Source of the DNA: an uncultured Oscillospiraceae bacterium
GTDB taxonomy: Bacteria > Bacillota > Clostridia > Oscillospirales > QAMX01
Length of the DNA stretch: 64,000 nucleotides
Reading direction: 5' to 3'
Assembly (NCBI GenBank): GCA_964448855.1
Contig: CAYUXI010000007.1
Span: 24,221 to 88,220 of the forward strand
The position numbers and the translations under genes were made by a program. This document shows positions 8,524 to 18,012 of this stretch, in pieces. The notes under the pieces are model-generated. The model did no database searches and had not been told where the DNA came from. It was given only the letters and a program-made list of their open reading frames with translations. Within the stretch, counting starts at the first letter, position 1. Each line of letters begins with the position of its first letter.

Positions 8524-10272
8524 ATGGATACAATCAATGTCAAAATCAACGGCCGGGACTATTCGGTTCCCAAGGGCGCAACCATTCTGGAAGCGGCGCA
8601 CTCGGTCGGCATCGAAATCCCCACCCTCTGCTATCTGAAGGACATCAATGAAATCGGCGCCTGCCGCATCTGCGTCGTCGAAGTCAAGGGCGCACGCAGC
8701 CTGGTGGCCGCCTGTGTCTATCCGCTCGACCGCGAAGGAACGGAAGTCTGGACAAACAGCCCGGCGGTGATCGAATCCCGGAAAACAACGCTGGAGCTGA
8801 TTCTTTCCACCCATAAGCGGAACTGCCTGTCCTGCGTCCGCAGCGGCAACTGCGAACTGCAGAAGCTCTGCCACGAATACGGAATCGAAGATGAAAATCG
8901 CTTCGAAGGCGCCCGCAATGAATACGAAATCGACAATTCCGCCGTCCATATGTACCGCGATAACGGCAAATGCATTCTGTGCCGCCGCTGTGTCGCTGTC
9001 TGCGATAAGATTCAGTCGGTTTCCGTCATCGGCCCGAACGAACGCGGCTTCAAAACCCATATCGGCTCTGCTTTTGAGGCCGATCTGGCTGAGGTGCCCT
9101 GCGTTTCCTGCGGACAGTGCATCACGGTCTGCCCGACCGGCGCACTTGCGGAACGTGACGACACCCAGAAGGTCATCGACGCGCTGAACGACAGAACAAA
9201 GCACGTCATCGTTCAGACTGCACCGGCCATCCGCGTCGGCCTGGGCGAAGAGTTCGGTCTGCCGGTCGGCTCCATCGTGACCGGCAAAATGGTCGCAGCC
9301 TTGAAACGCCTCGGCTTTGACGGCGTCTTCGATACGAACTTCACCGCCGACCTGACGATTATGGAAGAGGCGACGGAATTCCTGGAGCATTACAGCAAAA
9401 AGGAAACCCTCCCGCTCATCACATCCTGCTCGCCGGGCTGGATCAAATTCGCCGAATACAACTATCCGGATATGCTGCCGCATATTTCCACCTGCAAATC
9501 TCCGCAGGGGATGTTCGGCTCCGTTGCAAAAACCTATTATGCCGAAAAAATGGGTCTGGATCCGAAGGACATCGTCGTTGTCAGCGTGATGCCGTGTACC
9601 GCGAAGAAGTTCGAAGCACAGCGCATGGATCATACTGCCGTGGAAGGTCTCGCCGACATCGACGTGGTTCTGACCACGCGTGAGCTCGCCCGCCTGATCA
9701 AAAAGCAGGGCATTCTGTTCAATGATCTGCCGGACGAAGAATTCGATGCTCCGTTTGGACTGGGCAGCGGCGCGGGTACCATCTTCGGTGCCACGGGCGG
9801 CGTTATGGAAGCGGCACTTCGAACCGCTGCAGAAATCGTCACCGGCAAACCGCTCGAAAAGCTCGAATTCGAAGAGGTCCGCGGAACCGCCGGCATCAAG
9901 GAAGCGACCTATACCCTCGCGGGCAACGAAATCCGCGTCGCCGTCGCATCGGGTCTGGCCAACGCCAGAAAGCTGCTGGATATGATCCGATCCGGTGAGA
10001 AACAGTATGATTTTGTGGAAATCATGGCCTGCCCGGGCGGCTGCGTCAACGGCGGCGGTCAGCCGATTCACTCCGGCAACTACCTGAATTTCCACGACAT
10101 CCGTGCAGAACGTGCGGCAGCCCTGTACAGAGACGATCAGAACCTTCCGGTTCGCAAATCCCATGAAAATCCGGATGTTCAGCGCGTCTATGACGAATAC
10201 TTCGGCAAGCCGGGCAGCCACAAGGCACACGACATTCTGCATACAGGCTATACAGCACGCCAGAAATACTGA
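8524..10272 (+). CDS. hydA: [FeFe]-hydrogenase catalytic subunit HydA (M3/CpI-like). Carries a variant L1 motif, TSCSPGW.
   Basis: N-terminal 2Fe-2S, His-ligated 4Fe-4S and 2x[4Fe-4S] domains. H-cluster motifs L2 MPCTAKKFE and L3 EIMACPGGCVNGGGQP are intact; L1 reads TSCSPGW at 9421-9441. Confidence 0.85.
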   Translation: MDTINVKINGRDYSVPKGATILEAAHSVGIEIPTLCYLKDINEIGACRICVVEVKGARSLVAACVYPLDREGTEVWTNSPAVIESRKTTLELILSTHKRNCLSCVRSGNCELQKLCHEYGIEDENRFEGARNEYEIDNSAVHMYRDNGKCILCRRCVAVCDKIQSVSVIGPNERGFKTHIGSAFEADLAEVPCVSCGQCITVCPTGALAERDDTQKVIDALNDRTKHVIVQTAPAIRVGLGEEFGLPVGSIVTGKMVAALKRLGFDGVFDTNFTADLTIMEEATEFLEHYSKKETLPLITSCSPGWIKFAEYNYPDMLPHISTCKSPQGMFGSVAKTYYAEKMGLDPKDIVVVSVMPCTAKKFEAQRMDHTAVEGLADIDVVLTTRELARLIKKQGILFNDLPDEEFDAPFGLGSGAGTIFGATGGVMEAALRTAAEIVTGKPLEKLEFEEVRGTAGIKEATYTLAGNEIRVAVASGLANARKLLDMIRSGEKQYDFVEIMACPGGCVNGGGQPIHSGNYLNFHDIRAERAAALYRDDQNLPVRKSHENPDVQRVYDEYFGKPGSHKAHDILHTGYTARQKY

Positions 10273-10286
10273 GCCGCATCCATTGC

Positions 10287-10323
10287 ACAGGCGGGAACCG
10301 GATGGTTTCCGCCTGTGTTTTTG
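10287..10323 (+). terminator. Rho-independent terminator after hydA (ACAGGCGG ... CCGCCTGT stem, then GTTTTTG).
   Basis: 8 bp GC-rich stem followed by a T-run, read in the sequence. Confidence 0.6.
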
Positions 10324-10359
10324 AACTGGTAACTTTTGAGAAAACGAGGGAAACCGTTA

Positions 10360-10898
10360 TGAAACTGACTGTCTATCTCGGTGCCAATGAGGGCAATGAC
10401 CCGGCACTGAAAACTGCCGTGCGTGAGCTGGGCGAATGGATTGGAACGGCCGGCCATACGCTGATTTACGGCGGCTCCAAGGCCGGTCTGATGGGCGAAC
10501 TGGCAGAAAGCGCACTGCGCGCCGGCGCACCGGTCATCGGCGTCGAACCCCAGATGTTTATTGACCGCGAAATGCAGCTCGACGGCCTGACCGAGCTGAT
10601 CGTCACGCCCGACATGGCGACGCGCAAGGCCAAAATGATTGCACTCGGCGATGCCTTTCTCGCGTTTCCGGGAGGAACCGGCACACTCGAAGAAATCGCC
10701 GAGGTCATGTCTATGGTGTCACTGAACCTGCTCGATGCCCCCTGTATTTTATACAATCTGAATGGCTTCTATGACGATTTTCGCCGCCTTCTCCAACAGA
10801 TGATTCAAAAGGGACTCTCCACGCCGGAACGGCAGGAGGGGATTCTGTTCGCCGAAAACCTGTCCCAAATCCACGAAATCCTGGAGAAAGCCCGCTGA
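10360..10898 (+). CDS. LOG-family protein (cytokinin riboside 5'-monophosphate phosphoribohydrolase-like, TIGR00730).
   Basis: GGSKAGLMG and PGGTGTLEE motifs; about 180 aa. Confidence 0.75.
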
Positions 10899-11022
10899 CG
10901 CCGGACTTCCGCGATGCTTTTTTTGCCTTTTTGCATGGGGCAGCTGCATATCCCACCTGTTTGAAGCGATGAAAAAACGCGGTGCATTCCGGAAAGAACG
11001 CGCTGAAAATTGTCGAAAACGG

Positions 11023-11051
11023 TTGACATTTTTCGAGGGCTGTGATATGAT
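11023..11051 (+). promoter_or_regulatory. Sigma-A promoter for feoAB: -35 TTGACA, 17 bp spacer, -10 TATGAT.
   Basis: Motifs read in the sequence, about 45 bp upstream of feoA. Confidence 0.5.
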
Positions 11052-11091
11052 ACACTTGATAGTCTGATGGAACGGAAATGGGGAAACAAAT

Positions 11092-11325
11092 ATGACGCTG
11101 GACAAACTCCGTGTCGGCAGTTCAGCTGTGATCACAGAGGTTGGTGGAGACGGCGCACTGCGCTGCCGCCTGCTGGATATGGGTCTGATCCCGAGAACGC
11201 AGGTGACGCTGCAAAAAGTGGCACCGATGGGCGACCCGATCGAAATTCGTGTGCGCGGCTATGAATTGACGCTTCGACTGGAAGAAGCCGGAAAAATCAA
11301 GGTGGAGGAGGTCGGACGCGTATGA
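11092..11325 (+). CDS. feoA: Ferrous iron transport protein A (FeoA).
   Basis: 77 aa SH3-like FeoA (ITEVGGDGALRCRLLDMGLIPRT), directly upstream of and overlapping feoB. Confidence 0.75.
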   Translation: MTLDKLRVGSSAVITEVGGDGALRCRLLDMGLIPRTQVTLQKVAPMGDPIEIRVRGYELTLRLEEAGKIKVEEVGRV

Positions 11326-13313
11326 TTTTTGCACTCGTCGGCAACCAAAACTGCGGAAAAACAACACTGTTCAACGCGCTGACCGGCTCCAATCAACACG
11401 TCGGCAATTTTCCCGGCGTCACCGTTGATCAGAAAATGGGGGCAATTCGCGGCGAGAAAGACGCTTCGGTCGTGGATTTGCCGGGGATTTATTCGCTTCG
11501 CCCGTATACGCAGGAGGAAATTGTCTCCCGCGATTTTATTCTGAATCAAAAGCCGGACGGCATCATCAATATCGTAGACGCCACCAATATTGAACGCAAC
11601 CTGTACCTGACGCTGCAGCTGCTCGAACTGCGTGTCCCGATGGTTCTGGCACTGAATATGATGGACGAGGTGCGCGCCAACGGCGGAACGATCGATGTCG
11701 CCGATATGAGCCGCGCCCTTGGCATCCCGGTTGTGCCGATTTCTGCCGCCAAGGGTGAGGGCATTTCTGAGCTGATCAATCAGGCGCTGACCGTTGCGCG
11801 CAGCAAAACATTGCCCAAGGTGCAGGATTTTTGTCAAGGCGACTCTGCGGTTCACCGCTGCATTCATGCCGTTGTCCACCTGATTTCAGACCATGCATCG
11901 CGGCTTGGCCTGCCGGAACGCTTCTGCACCGCCAAACTTATCGAGGGCGGCGACCATTTGGCAGATGAGCTGGAACTCGATCAGAACGAGCGGGAGCTGC
12001 TGGAACACTGCATCGTCCAAATGGAGGCGGAAGCCGGATTGGATCGCAACGCCGCTCTGGCCGATATGCGCTACCGCTTCATTGAATCGGTCGTGGCATC
12101 CTCCGTGGTCAAATGCCACGAAAGCCGCGAACACGCCCGCTCCATGAAAATCGACCGCATCCTGACCGGTCGCTTCACCGCAATTCCGATGTTTCTCGGC
12201 GTCATGCTCCTCACATTTTACCTGACCTTTGACGTGATCGGCCAACAGCTGTCCGACTGGCTCGCCGTCGGAATCGACGCGCTGACCGGTCTGGTGGACT
12301 CCGCGCTGACAGCATATGGCATGAACCCCGTGGTGCATAGCCTGATTGTCGATGGCATCTTTGCCGGTGTCGGCAGTGTACTCGTCTTCCTGCCGATCAT
12401 TGTCACACTCTTCTTCTTCCTATCCATTCTGGAAGATACCGGCTACATGGCGCGTGTTGCCTTCGTTATGGATAAGCCCCTGCGAAAAATCGGCTTGTCC
12501 GGACGCAGCATCGTCCCCATGCTGATCGGGTTCGGCTGCTCCGTTCCGGCCATCATGGCCACACGCACCGTTTCCTCCGATCGCGACCGGAAAATGACGA
12601 TTTTGCTGACTCCGTACATGAGCTGCTCGGCAAAAATCTCGATTTATGCATTTTTCACCGCCGCCTTTTTCCCGAAATACCGTGCGCTGGTGATGATCGG
12701 CCTCTATGTCCTGGGCATTCTGGTCGGTATTTTGGCCGCACTCGTCATGAATCGGACACTGTACCGCGGCAAACCGGTTCCGTTCGTCATGGAACTGCCA
12801 AACTACCGGATGCCGAGCGTGAAAAGCGTTGCACTGCTGCTCTGGGAAAAAGCAAGGGACTTTCTGCAACGCGCCTTTACCATCATTTTCCTGGCAACGG
12901 TTTTGATCTGGTTCCTGCAGAGCTTTGATCTGCGCCTGAACGTCGTCACCGACAGCTCCGACAGCCTGCTGGCACTGGTCGGCCGCGTGATCGCTCCGAT
13001 CTTTGCACCGCTCGGCTTTGCAGACTGGCGCTGTGCAACGGCGCTGATCTCCGGCTTCGTCGCCAAGGAATCCGTCGTCAGCACGCTGGAGGTGCTGCTG
13101 GGCGCTGCAACGGTGATGACACTGTTCTCCACCCGCTCAGCCGTGAGCTTTCTGGTTTTCACGCTGCTCTATACGCCGTGCGTGGCGGCCGTTGCGACCA
13201 TTCGCAGGGAACTGAACTCCGTCCCAAAAACGATCATTGTCGTCGTGATGCAGTGCGCCGTGGCCTGGGTTGCATCGTTTGCGGCCTATGCGATTGCGGG
13301 GCTGCTCGTATGA
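11322..13313 (+). CDS. feoB: Ferrous iron transport protein B (FeoB): G-protein domain plus Gate-domain permease.
   Basis: The start overlaps the feoA stop; motifs LVGNQNCGKTTLFNALTG and DLPGIYSL; long polytopic membrane C-terminus. Confidence 0.9.
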   Translation: MIFALVGNQNCGKTTLFNALTGSNQHVGNFPGVTVDQKMGAIRGEKDASVVDLPGIYSLRPYTQEEIVSRDFILNQKPDGIINIVDATNIERNLYLTLQLLELRVPMVLALNMMDEVRANGGTIDVADMSRALGIPVVPISAAKGEGISELINQALTVARSKTLPKVQDFCQGDSAVHRCIHAVVHLISDHASRLGLPERFCTAKLIEGGDHLADELELDQNERELLEHCIVQMEAEAGLDRNAALADMRYRFIESVVASSVVKCHESREHARSMKIDRILTGRFTAIPMFLGVMLLTFYLTFDVIGQQLSDWLAVGIDALTGLVDSALTAYGMNPVVHSLIVDGIFAGVGSVLVFLPIIVTLFFFLSILEDTGYMARVAFVMDKPLRKIGLSGRSIVPMLIGFGCSVPAIMATRTVSSDRDRKMTILLTPYMSCSAKISIYAFFTAAFFPKYRALVMIGLYVLGILVGILAALVMNRTLYRGKPVPFVMELPNYRMPSVKSVALLLWEKARDFLQRAFTIIFLATVLIWFLQSFDLRLNVVTDSSDSLLALVGRVIAPIFAPLGFADWRCATALISGFVAKESVVSTLEVLLGAATVMTLFSTRSAVSFLVFTLLYTPCVAAVATIRRELNSVPKTIIVVVMQCAVAWVASFAAYAIAGLLV

Positions 13314-13528
13314 AATGGCTGGACTGGATGCTCCTCGCACTGGTGGCCGTCTGTATGCTGCTCGCATGGCGCGTCTGGCGAAAGGCCAACCGACGCGGCG
13401 GCTGCGGCTGTGGATGTGACCGCTGCAGCAGAAGCTGCTGCACACAGCCGGAACATGATGCACGATCGAAATGCTCCGAACAAAAAACGCAACCGAACAC
13501 CGGCTCTCTGGCCGATACCAATCTATAA
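13310..13528 (+). CDS. FeoB-associated Cys-rich small membrane protein.
   Basis: 72 aa: one TM helix followed by CGCGCDRCSRSCC. The ATG overlaps the feoB stop (ATGA). Confidence 0.6.
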   Translation: MKWLDWMLLALVAVCMLLAWRVWRKANRRGGCGCGCDRCSRSCCTQPEHDARSKCSEQKTQPNTGSLADTNL

Positions 13529-13545
13529 AATCAGGAGGAAATCAC

Positions 13546-14892
13546 ATGAACAAACTCAATCCGAACGGCGCGGTTCGCCCTGAACAGCTTGCCGCGTATG
13601 GCGCAGCCTATCAGAACAACGCACTGCAAAAGGCCATGTCACACGTACTTGCACACTGCTCCATCGCCGATGCCGCCATCGATGATACCGCCATGAAGCA
13701 GATGCTGCACCGCTTCTCCAATGAACTGCCGACCATGACCGTCACGGCTCAGAAACAGACCGGCCGCTGCTGGCTGTTTGCCGCGCTGAATCTGATTCGC
13801 GAAAATATCGCCAAGGAAAACAATCTGGAATTCTTCGAATGCTCGCAGAGCTATGCGGCTTTCTGGGACAAGTTCGAACGCGTCAATTATTTCTATGAAA
13901 GCATTCTTGCAACGGCCGACCTCGAAGTCGGTGACCGCACCGTGCAGTACCTGCTGCAGACCGGCGTGCAGGACGGCGGCCAGTGGGATATGTTCGTCAA
14001 CCTCGTCAAAAAGTACGGTATCGTCCCAAAGGACGCCATGCCGGAGACCAAACAGTCCAGCGCATCTGGCGATATGAACCGCTTGCTGAATGAAAAAATC
14101 CGGGGCGATGCAGCGCACCTGCGCCGCATGGTTGCCGAGCACGCGACGGATGCGGAGATCGCATCGGTCAAAGATACGTTGCTGCACCAGGCCTATGGCT
14201 TCCTGTGCAGCTGCTATGGCGAACCGCCGAAGACCTTCGACTTCGAATATGTCGATCGCGACAACGTCTACCATGTGGAGCGGAACCATACACCGCAGAC
14301 GTTTGCGGAAAAATACGTCGGCGATATGCTGTCCAATTACGTCAGCATCATCAACGCCCCGACGCAGGACAAACCGTTCCATCATGTCTACACCGTCGAG
14401 CTGCTCGGCAATGTGGTGGAAGGCGATCCTGTCCGCCACCTGAACCTGCCCATGGATGAGTTCAAAACACTGGTTCTGCAGCAGCTGGGCGATGGGGAAC
14501 CGGTCTGGTTCGGCAGCGACATCAGCTATTTTGGCAGCCGCCCGCATGGCGTCTGGGACGATAGCTCCTTTGATTATTCGTCCGTGACCGGCTTCACCAT
14601 GGAAACCACCAAAGCGGAACGGCTCGATCACGGCATCAGCGCCATGAACCACGCCATGGTGCTGACCGGCGTCAACCTCTGTGATGGCGCACCGAACCGC
14701 TGGAAGATCGAAAACAGCTGGGGCGATGAAACCGGCAACAAGGGCTACTACGTCTGCAGCGACACCTGGTTCGATCAGTATGTCTTCCAGGCGGTCATCC
14801 ATAAGAAATATCTCACCCAATATGAAGCCGTGCTGGCCGAGCCGCTCGTGCAGCTGAAACCGTGGGATCCGATGGGTTCGCTGGCCGACTGA
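13546..14892 (+). CDS. pepC: Aminopeptidase C (bleomycin hydrolase-like C1 cysteine peptidase).
   Basis: QKQTGRCWLFAALN papain-family active-site Cys motif; about 448 aa; AGGAGGAAA RBS. Confidence 0.8.
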   Translation: MNKLNPNGAVRPEQLAAYGAAYQNNALQKAMSHVLAHCSIADAAIDDTAMKQMLHRFSNELPTMTVTAQKQTGRCWLFAALNLIRENIAKENNLEFFECSQSYAAFWDKFERVNYFYESILATADLEVGDRTVQYLLQTGVQDGGQWDMFVNLVKKYGIVPKDAMPETKQSSASGDMNRLLNEKIRGDAAHLRRMVAEHATDAEIASVKDTLLHQAYGFLCSCYGEPPKTFDFEYVDRDNVYHVERNHTPQTFAEKYVGDMLSNYVSIINAPTQDKPFHHVYTVELLGNVVEGDPVRHLNLPMDEFKTLVLQQLGDGEPVWFGSDISYFGSRPHGVWDDSSFDYSSVTGFTMETTKAERLDHGISAMNHAMVLTGVNLCDGAPNRWKIENSWGDETGNKGYYVCSDTWFDQYVFQAVIHKKYLTQYEAVLAEPLVQLKPWDPMGSLAD

Positions 14893-14939
14893 AGCGACAA
14901 ACACTTCCGGGAACCGGTTTCTCTGACGAAAACGCCTAC

Positions 14940-14968
14940 TTGACAAATCAGAGAAAGCATGATATAAT
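14940..14968 (+). promoter_or_regulatory. Sigma-A promoter (-35 TTGACA, 17 bp spacer, -10 TATAAT) driving the valS T-box leader.
   Basis: Perfect consensus hexamers read in the sequence. Confidence 0.55.
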
Positions 14969-14974
14969 AGCCAC

Positions 14975-15250
14975 AATATATGAAAAAATGCGGTGAACAG
15001 GAGGAGTACCTGAATTTCTTCCTCAGAGAGAGCCGCCGGTCAGCTGAGACCGGGTGTGAGCGGCTTGGAAAGAAACAGGGGAAGGTCGCCTGTGAGCATT
15101 CCCACCGAACCGAACGGTACAGGTGCGGAACGGGTGCGCCCGTTATAGGGCATAGAGTGTGCGGCTCTTGCTGCAAACTCGGGTGGTACCGCGGGAGTTG
15201 AACAGACAGCGCCCGTCCCGAACAGTTTCGAGGACGGACGCTGTTTTTGC
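14975..15250 (+). promoter_or_regulatory. T-box leader (tRNA-sensing riboswitch) upstream of valS.
   Basis: Conserved T-box sequence AAACTCGGGTGGTACCGCGG at about 15176-15195, followed by a terminator hairpin (GCGCCCGTCC...GGACGGACGC) and TGTTTTTG ending about 15249. Confidence 0.75.
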
Positions 15251-15285
15251 GTTCTGTCCCAATCAATCCGAAAGGAGACCGATTC

Positions 15286-17913
15286 ATGCAGAAAGAATTG
15301 GAAAAAATTTATAATCCGTCTGACGTGGAAGACCGAATTTACCAGATGTGGGAGGAAGAGGGCTGTTTCCACGCAGAGGTGGATCCGGCCAAGCCGCCGT
15401 ATTGCATCGTGATTCCGCCTCCCAATGTCACAGGCCAGCTGCATATGGGCCATGCAATGGATGAAACCCTGCAGGATATCCTGATCCGTGTCAAGAGAAT
15501 GCAGGGCTTTTCCGCCCTCTGGCTACCGGGAACCGACCACGCAGGCATCGCAACGCAGATCAAAGTCGAAGAGAATCTGCGCAAAACCTCCGGAAAAACA
15601 CGGTATGATTACGGGCGCGACGCCTTCGTTGATCTGGTCTGGGACTGGAAACGCGAATACGGCGGCCGCATCATCAAACAGCTGAAAAAGCTGGGTGCCT
15701 CCTGTGACTGGCAGCGCGAACGCTTCACCATGGATGAAGGCTGTTCCAAGGCCGTTCGTGAGGTGTTCGTCCGCCTGTGGGAAAAGGGTCTGATTTACCG
15801 CGGCAACCGCATCATCAACTGGTGCCCCAAATGCCGCACGGCTCTCAGCGACGCCGAAGTCGAATACGGCGAGCAGAACGGCAACTTCTGGCACATTCGC
15901 TACCCGTTCAAGGACGGAAGCGGCTACCTGACCATCGCCACCACACGTCCGGAAACGCTGCTGGGCGATGCCGCAGTCGCTGTCAACCCGGAGGATGAGC
16001 GGTATCGCGATATCGTCGGCAAAACGCTGATTCTGCCGCTGGTCGGCCGCGAAATCCCGGTCATTGCCGATGAATATGTCGAACGCGATTTCGGAACGGG
16101 CTGCGTGAAAATCACACCGTGCCATGACCCGAACGACTTTGAAGTCGGAAAACGGCACCAGCTGCCGGAAATCCTGATCATGGACGGCGACGCCAAAATC
16201 ATCAACGGCGGCGTCTATAACGGCCTCGACCGCTATGAAGCACGGAAACGGATCATTGCCGATCTGGAGGCGCAGGGTCTGCTGGAACGCATTGAGCCGC
16301 ACGCACACAACGTCGGAGCCTGCTATCGCTGTGGGACAACGGTCGAACCGGTTGCCTCTAAACAGTGGTTCGTCAAGATGAAACCGCTGGCGGAAGCAGC
16401 CATGGAAGTCGTTCGCGACGGCCGCGTGGAGTTCGTGCCGGATCGCTTCTCGAAGATCTACATGAACTGGATGGAAAACGTACACGACTGGTGTATTTCC
16501 CGCCAGCTCTGGTGGGGTCACCGCATCCCCGCATGGTACTGCGCCGACTGCGGCGAAACCATCGTCGCCCGCGAAACGCCGACGGTCTGCCCGAAATGCG
16601 GCTGTCAGCACCTGACACAGGAAGAAGACGTGCTGGATACCTGGTTCTCCTCGGCGCTCTGGCCGTTCTCAACGCTGGGCTGGCCGGAGAAAACGCCGGA
16701 GCTGGATTATTTCTACCCGACATCCACGCTGGTTACCGGCTACGACATCATCTTCTTCTGGGTCGCCCGTATGATTTTCTCCGGCATGGAGCATATGGGA
16801 AAGGAACCCTTCAAAAAAGTCTTTATTCATGGCCTTGTCCGCGATGCACAGGGGCGGAAAATGTCCAAATCGCTCGGCAACGGAATTGACCCGCTGGAGA
16901 TCATCCGCCAGTACGGCGCCGATGCACTGCGCTTCATGCTCGTGACAGGCATCAGCCCGGGCAACGATACCCGCTTCACCACGGAACGCGTGGAAGCCAG
17001 CCGCAACTTTGCCAATAAGCTCTGGAATGCCTCCCGCTTCGTCCTGATGCACGCCGGAGACCGTGCATATCCGCTGCCGGAGAAGCTGCGCCGGGAAGAT
17101 AAATGGATTCTGACGGCCCTGAATAACCTGATTGCAGAGGTTACGGAAAATATCGAACGCTATGACCTCGGTGTTGCCGCTCAGAAGCTCTATGATTTCG
17201 TCTGGGACAGCTTCTGCGACTGGTATATTGAGCTGGCCAAACCGATGCTGACCGCCGGCGGCGACGAGGCCGACGCAGCCAAGGGCGTCCTGCTGTATGT
17301 GCTGGATAAAATCCTGAAGCTGCTCCATCCGTTCATGCCGTTCATCACGGAAGAAATCTACGGCTGCCTGCCGGGGACGGAAGGCCGACTGATCACCTCC
17401 CAGTGGCCGGTCAGCCGTCCGGAACAGATTTTCGCAGACGACTGTGCCAAGACCGAGCATATGATGGCGGTCATCCGCGCCATCCGCAATCGCCGCGCCG
17501 AAATGAACGTTCCGCCCTCCAAGAAGGCAACCCTCACCGTCGTTGCGGCGGATCAGGAAGCGTATACCCATGCGGAGCCGTTCCTGAAAAAGCTGGCCTC
17601 CGTTTCGGAGCTCTTCTTCGTTCAGGATGCGTCCGAACTCGATGAAGGCAAAATGACGCGCATCATCTCCGGCGCAGACCACCTCTTTATTCCGACCGGC
17701 GAACTCGTCGATCAGGAGAAGGAGCTGGCACGACTGAAAAAGGAACTGGCCAAAAATGAGGCGGAACTCGAAAAGCTGAACGCGAAACTCGCTAACCCTG
17801 GCTTTATCGGGAAAGCCCCGGCCAATGTCGTCGAAGCGGAAAAACGCCGTGCAGCCGCGCTGACCGAAACGGTCGAAGCGGGCCGTGCTGCTGTCGCCGC
17901 CATGGCGCAGTAA
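15286..17913 (+). CDS. valS: Valine--tRNA ligase.
   Basis: HMGH and KMSKS class I motifs, about 876 aa, C-terminal coiled coil; preceded by the T-box leader. Confidence 0.92.
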   Translation: MQKELEKIYNPSDVEDRIYQMWEEEGCFHAEVDPAKPPYCIVIPPPNVTGQLHMGHAMDETLQDILIRVKRMQGFSALWLPGTDHAGIATQIKVEENLRKTSGKTRYDYGRDAFVDLVWDWKREYGGRIIKQLKKLGASCDWQRERFTMDEGCSKAVREVFVRLWEKGLIYRGNRIINWCPKCRTALSDAEVEYGEQNGNFWHIRYPFKDGSGYLTIATTRPETLLGDAAVAVNPEDERYRDIVGKTLILPLVGREIPVIADEYVERDFGTGCVKITPCHDPNDFEVGKRHQLPEILIMDGDAKIINGGVYNGLDRYEARKRIIADLEAQGLLERIEPHAHNVGACYRCGTTVEPVASKQWFVKMKPLAEAAMEVVRDGRVEFVPDRFSKIYMNWMENVHDWCISRQLWWGHRIPAWYCADCGETIVARETPTVCPKCGCQHLTQEEDVLDTWFSSALWPFSTLGWPEKTPELDYFYPTSTLVTGYDIIFFWVARMIFSGMEHMGKEPFKKVFIHGLVRDAQGRKMSKSLGNGIDPLEIIRQYGADALRFMLVTGISPGNDTRFTTERVEASRNFANKLWNASRFVLMHAGDRAYPLPEKLRREDKWILTALNNLIAEVTENIERYDLGVAAQKLYDFVWDSFCDWYIELAKPMLTAGGDEADAAKGVLLYVLDKILKLLHPFMPFITEEIYGCLPGTEGRLITSQWPVSRPEQIFADDCAKTEHMMAVIRAIRNRRAEMNVPPSKKATLTVVAADQEAYTHAEPFLKKLASVSELFFVQDASELDEGKMTRIISGADHLFIPTGELVDQEKELARLKKELAKNEAELEKLNAKLANPGFIGKAPANVVEAEKRRAAALTETVEAGRAAVAAMAQ

Positions 17914-17934
17914 ACGCAATTTACGAATAAAAAA

Positions 17935-17968
17935 CAGACCGTGTGATTCGTCACACGGTCTGTTTTGC
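17935..17968. terminator. Bidirectional Rho-independent terminator between convergent valS and the GH38 gene.
   Basis: CAGACCGTGTGA-ttcg-TCACACGGTCTG stem flanked by an A-run and a T-run. Confidence 0.6.
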
Positions 17969-18012
17969 TTACAGTTGAATTCAAAAAGCAGCGCGACAGG
18001 GAGCAAATGGAC

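Noticed and set aside
13639-14976. 445-aa minus-strand ORF antisense to pepC. Similar long antisense ORFs: 6602..8431, 8356..10242, 15523..16611, 16669..18006, 18928..20622 (+), 21064..22440, 27133..28272, 28450..29490, 40034..41113, 45289..46347 (+), 48708..49934 (+), 51593..53611 (+), 57127..59604, 60168..61214, 62333..63253 (+).
   Set aside because: Each lies entirely antisense to a gene with clear family motifs and a proper RBS. Their translations are Arg/Ala/Gly-rich low-complexity sequence, as expected for antisense frames at about 60% GC. None has an RBS or motif.
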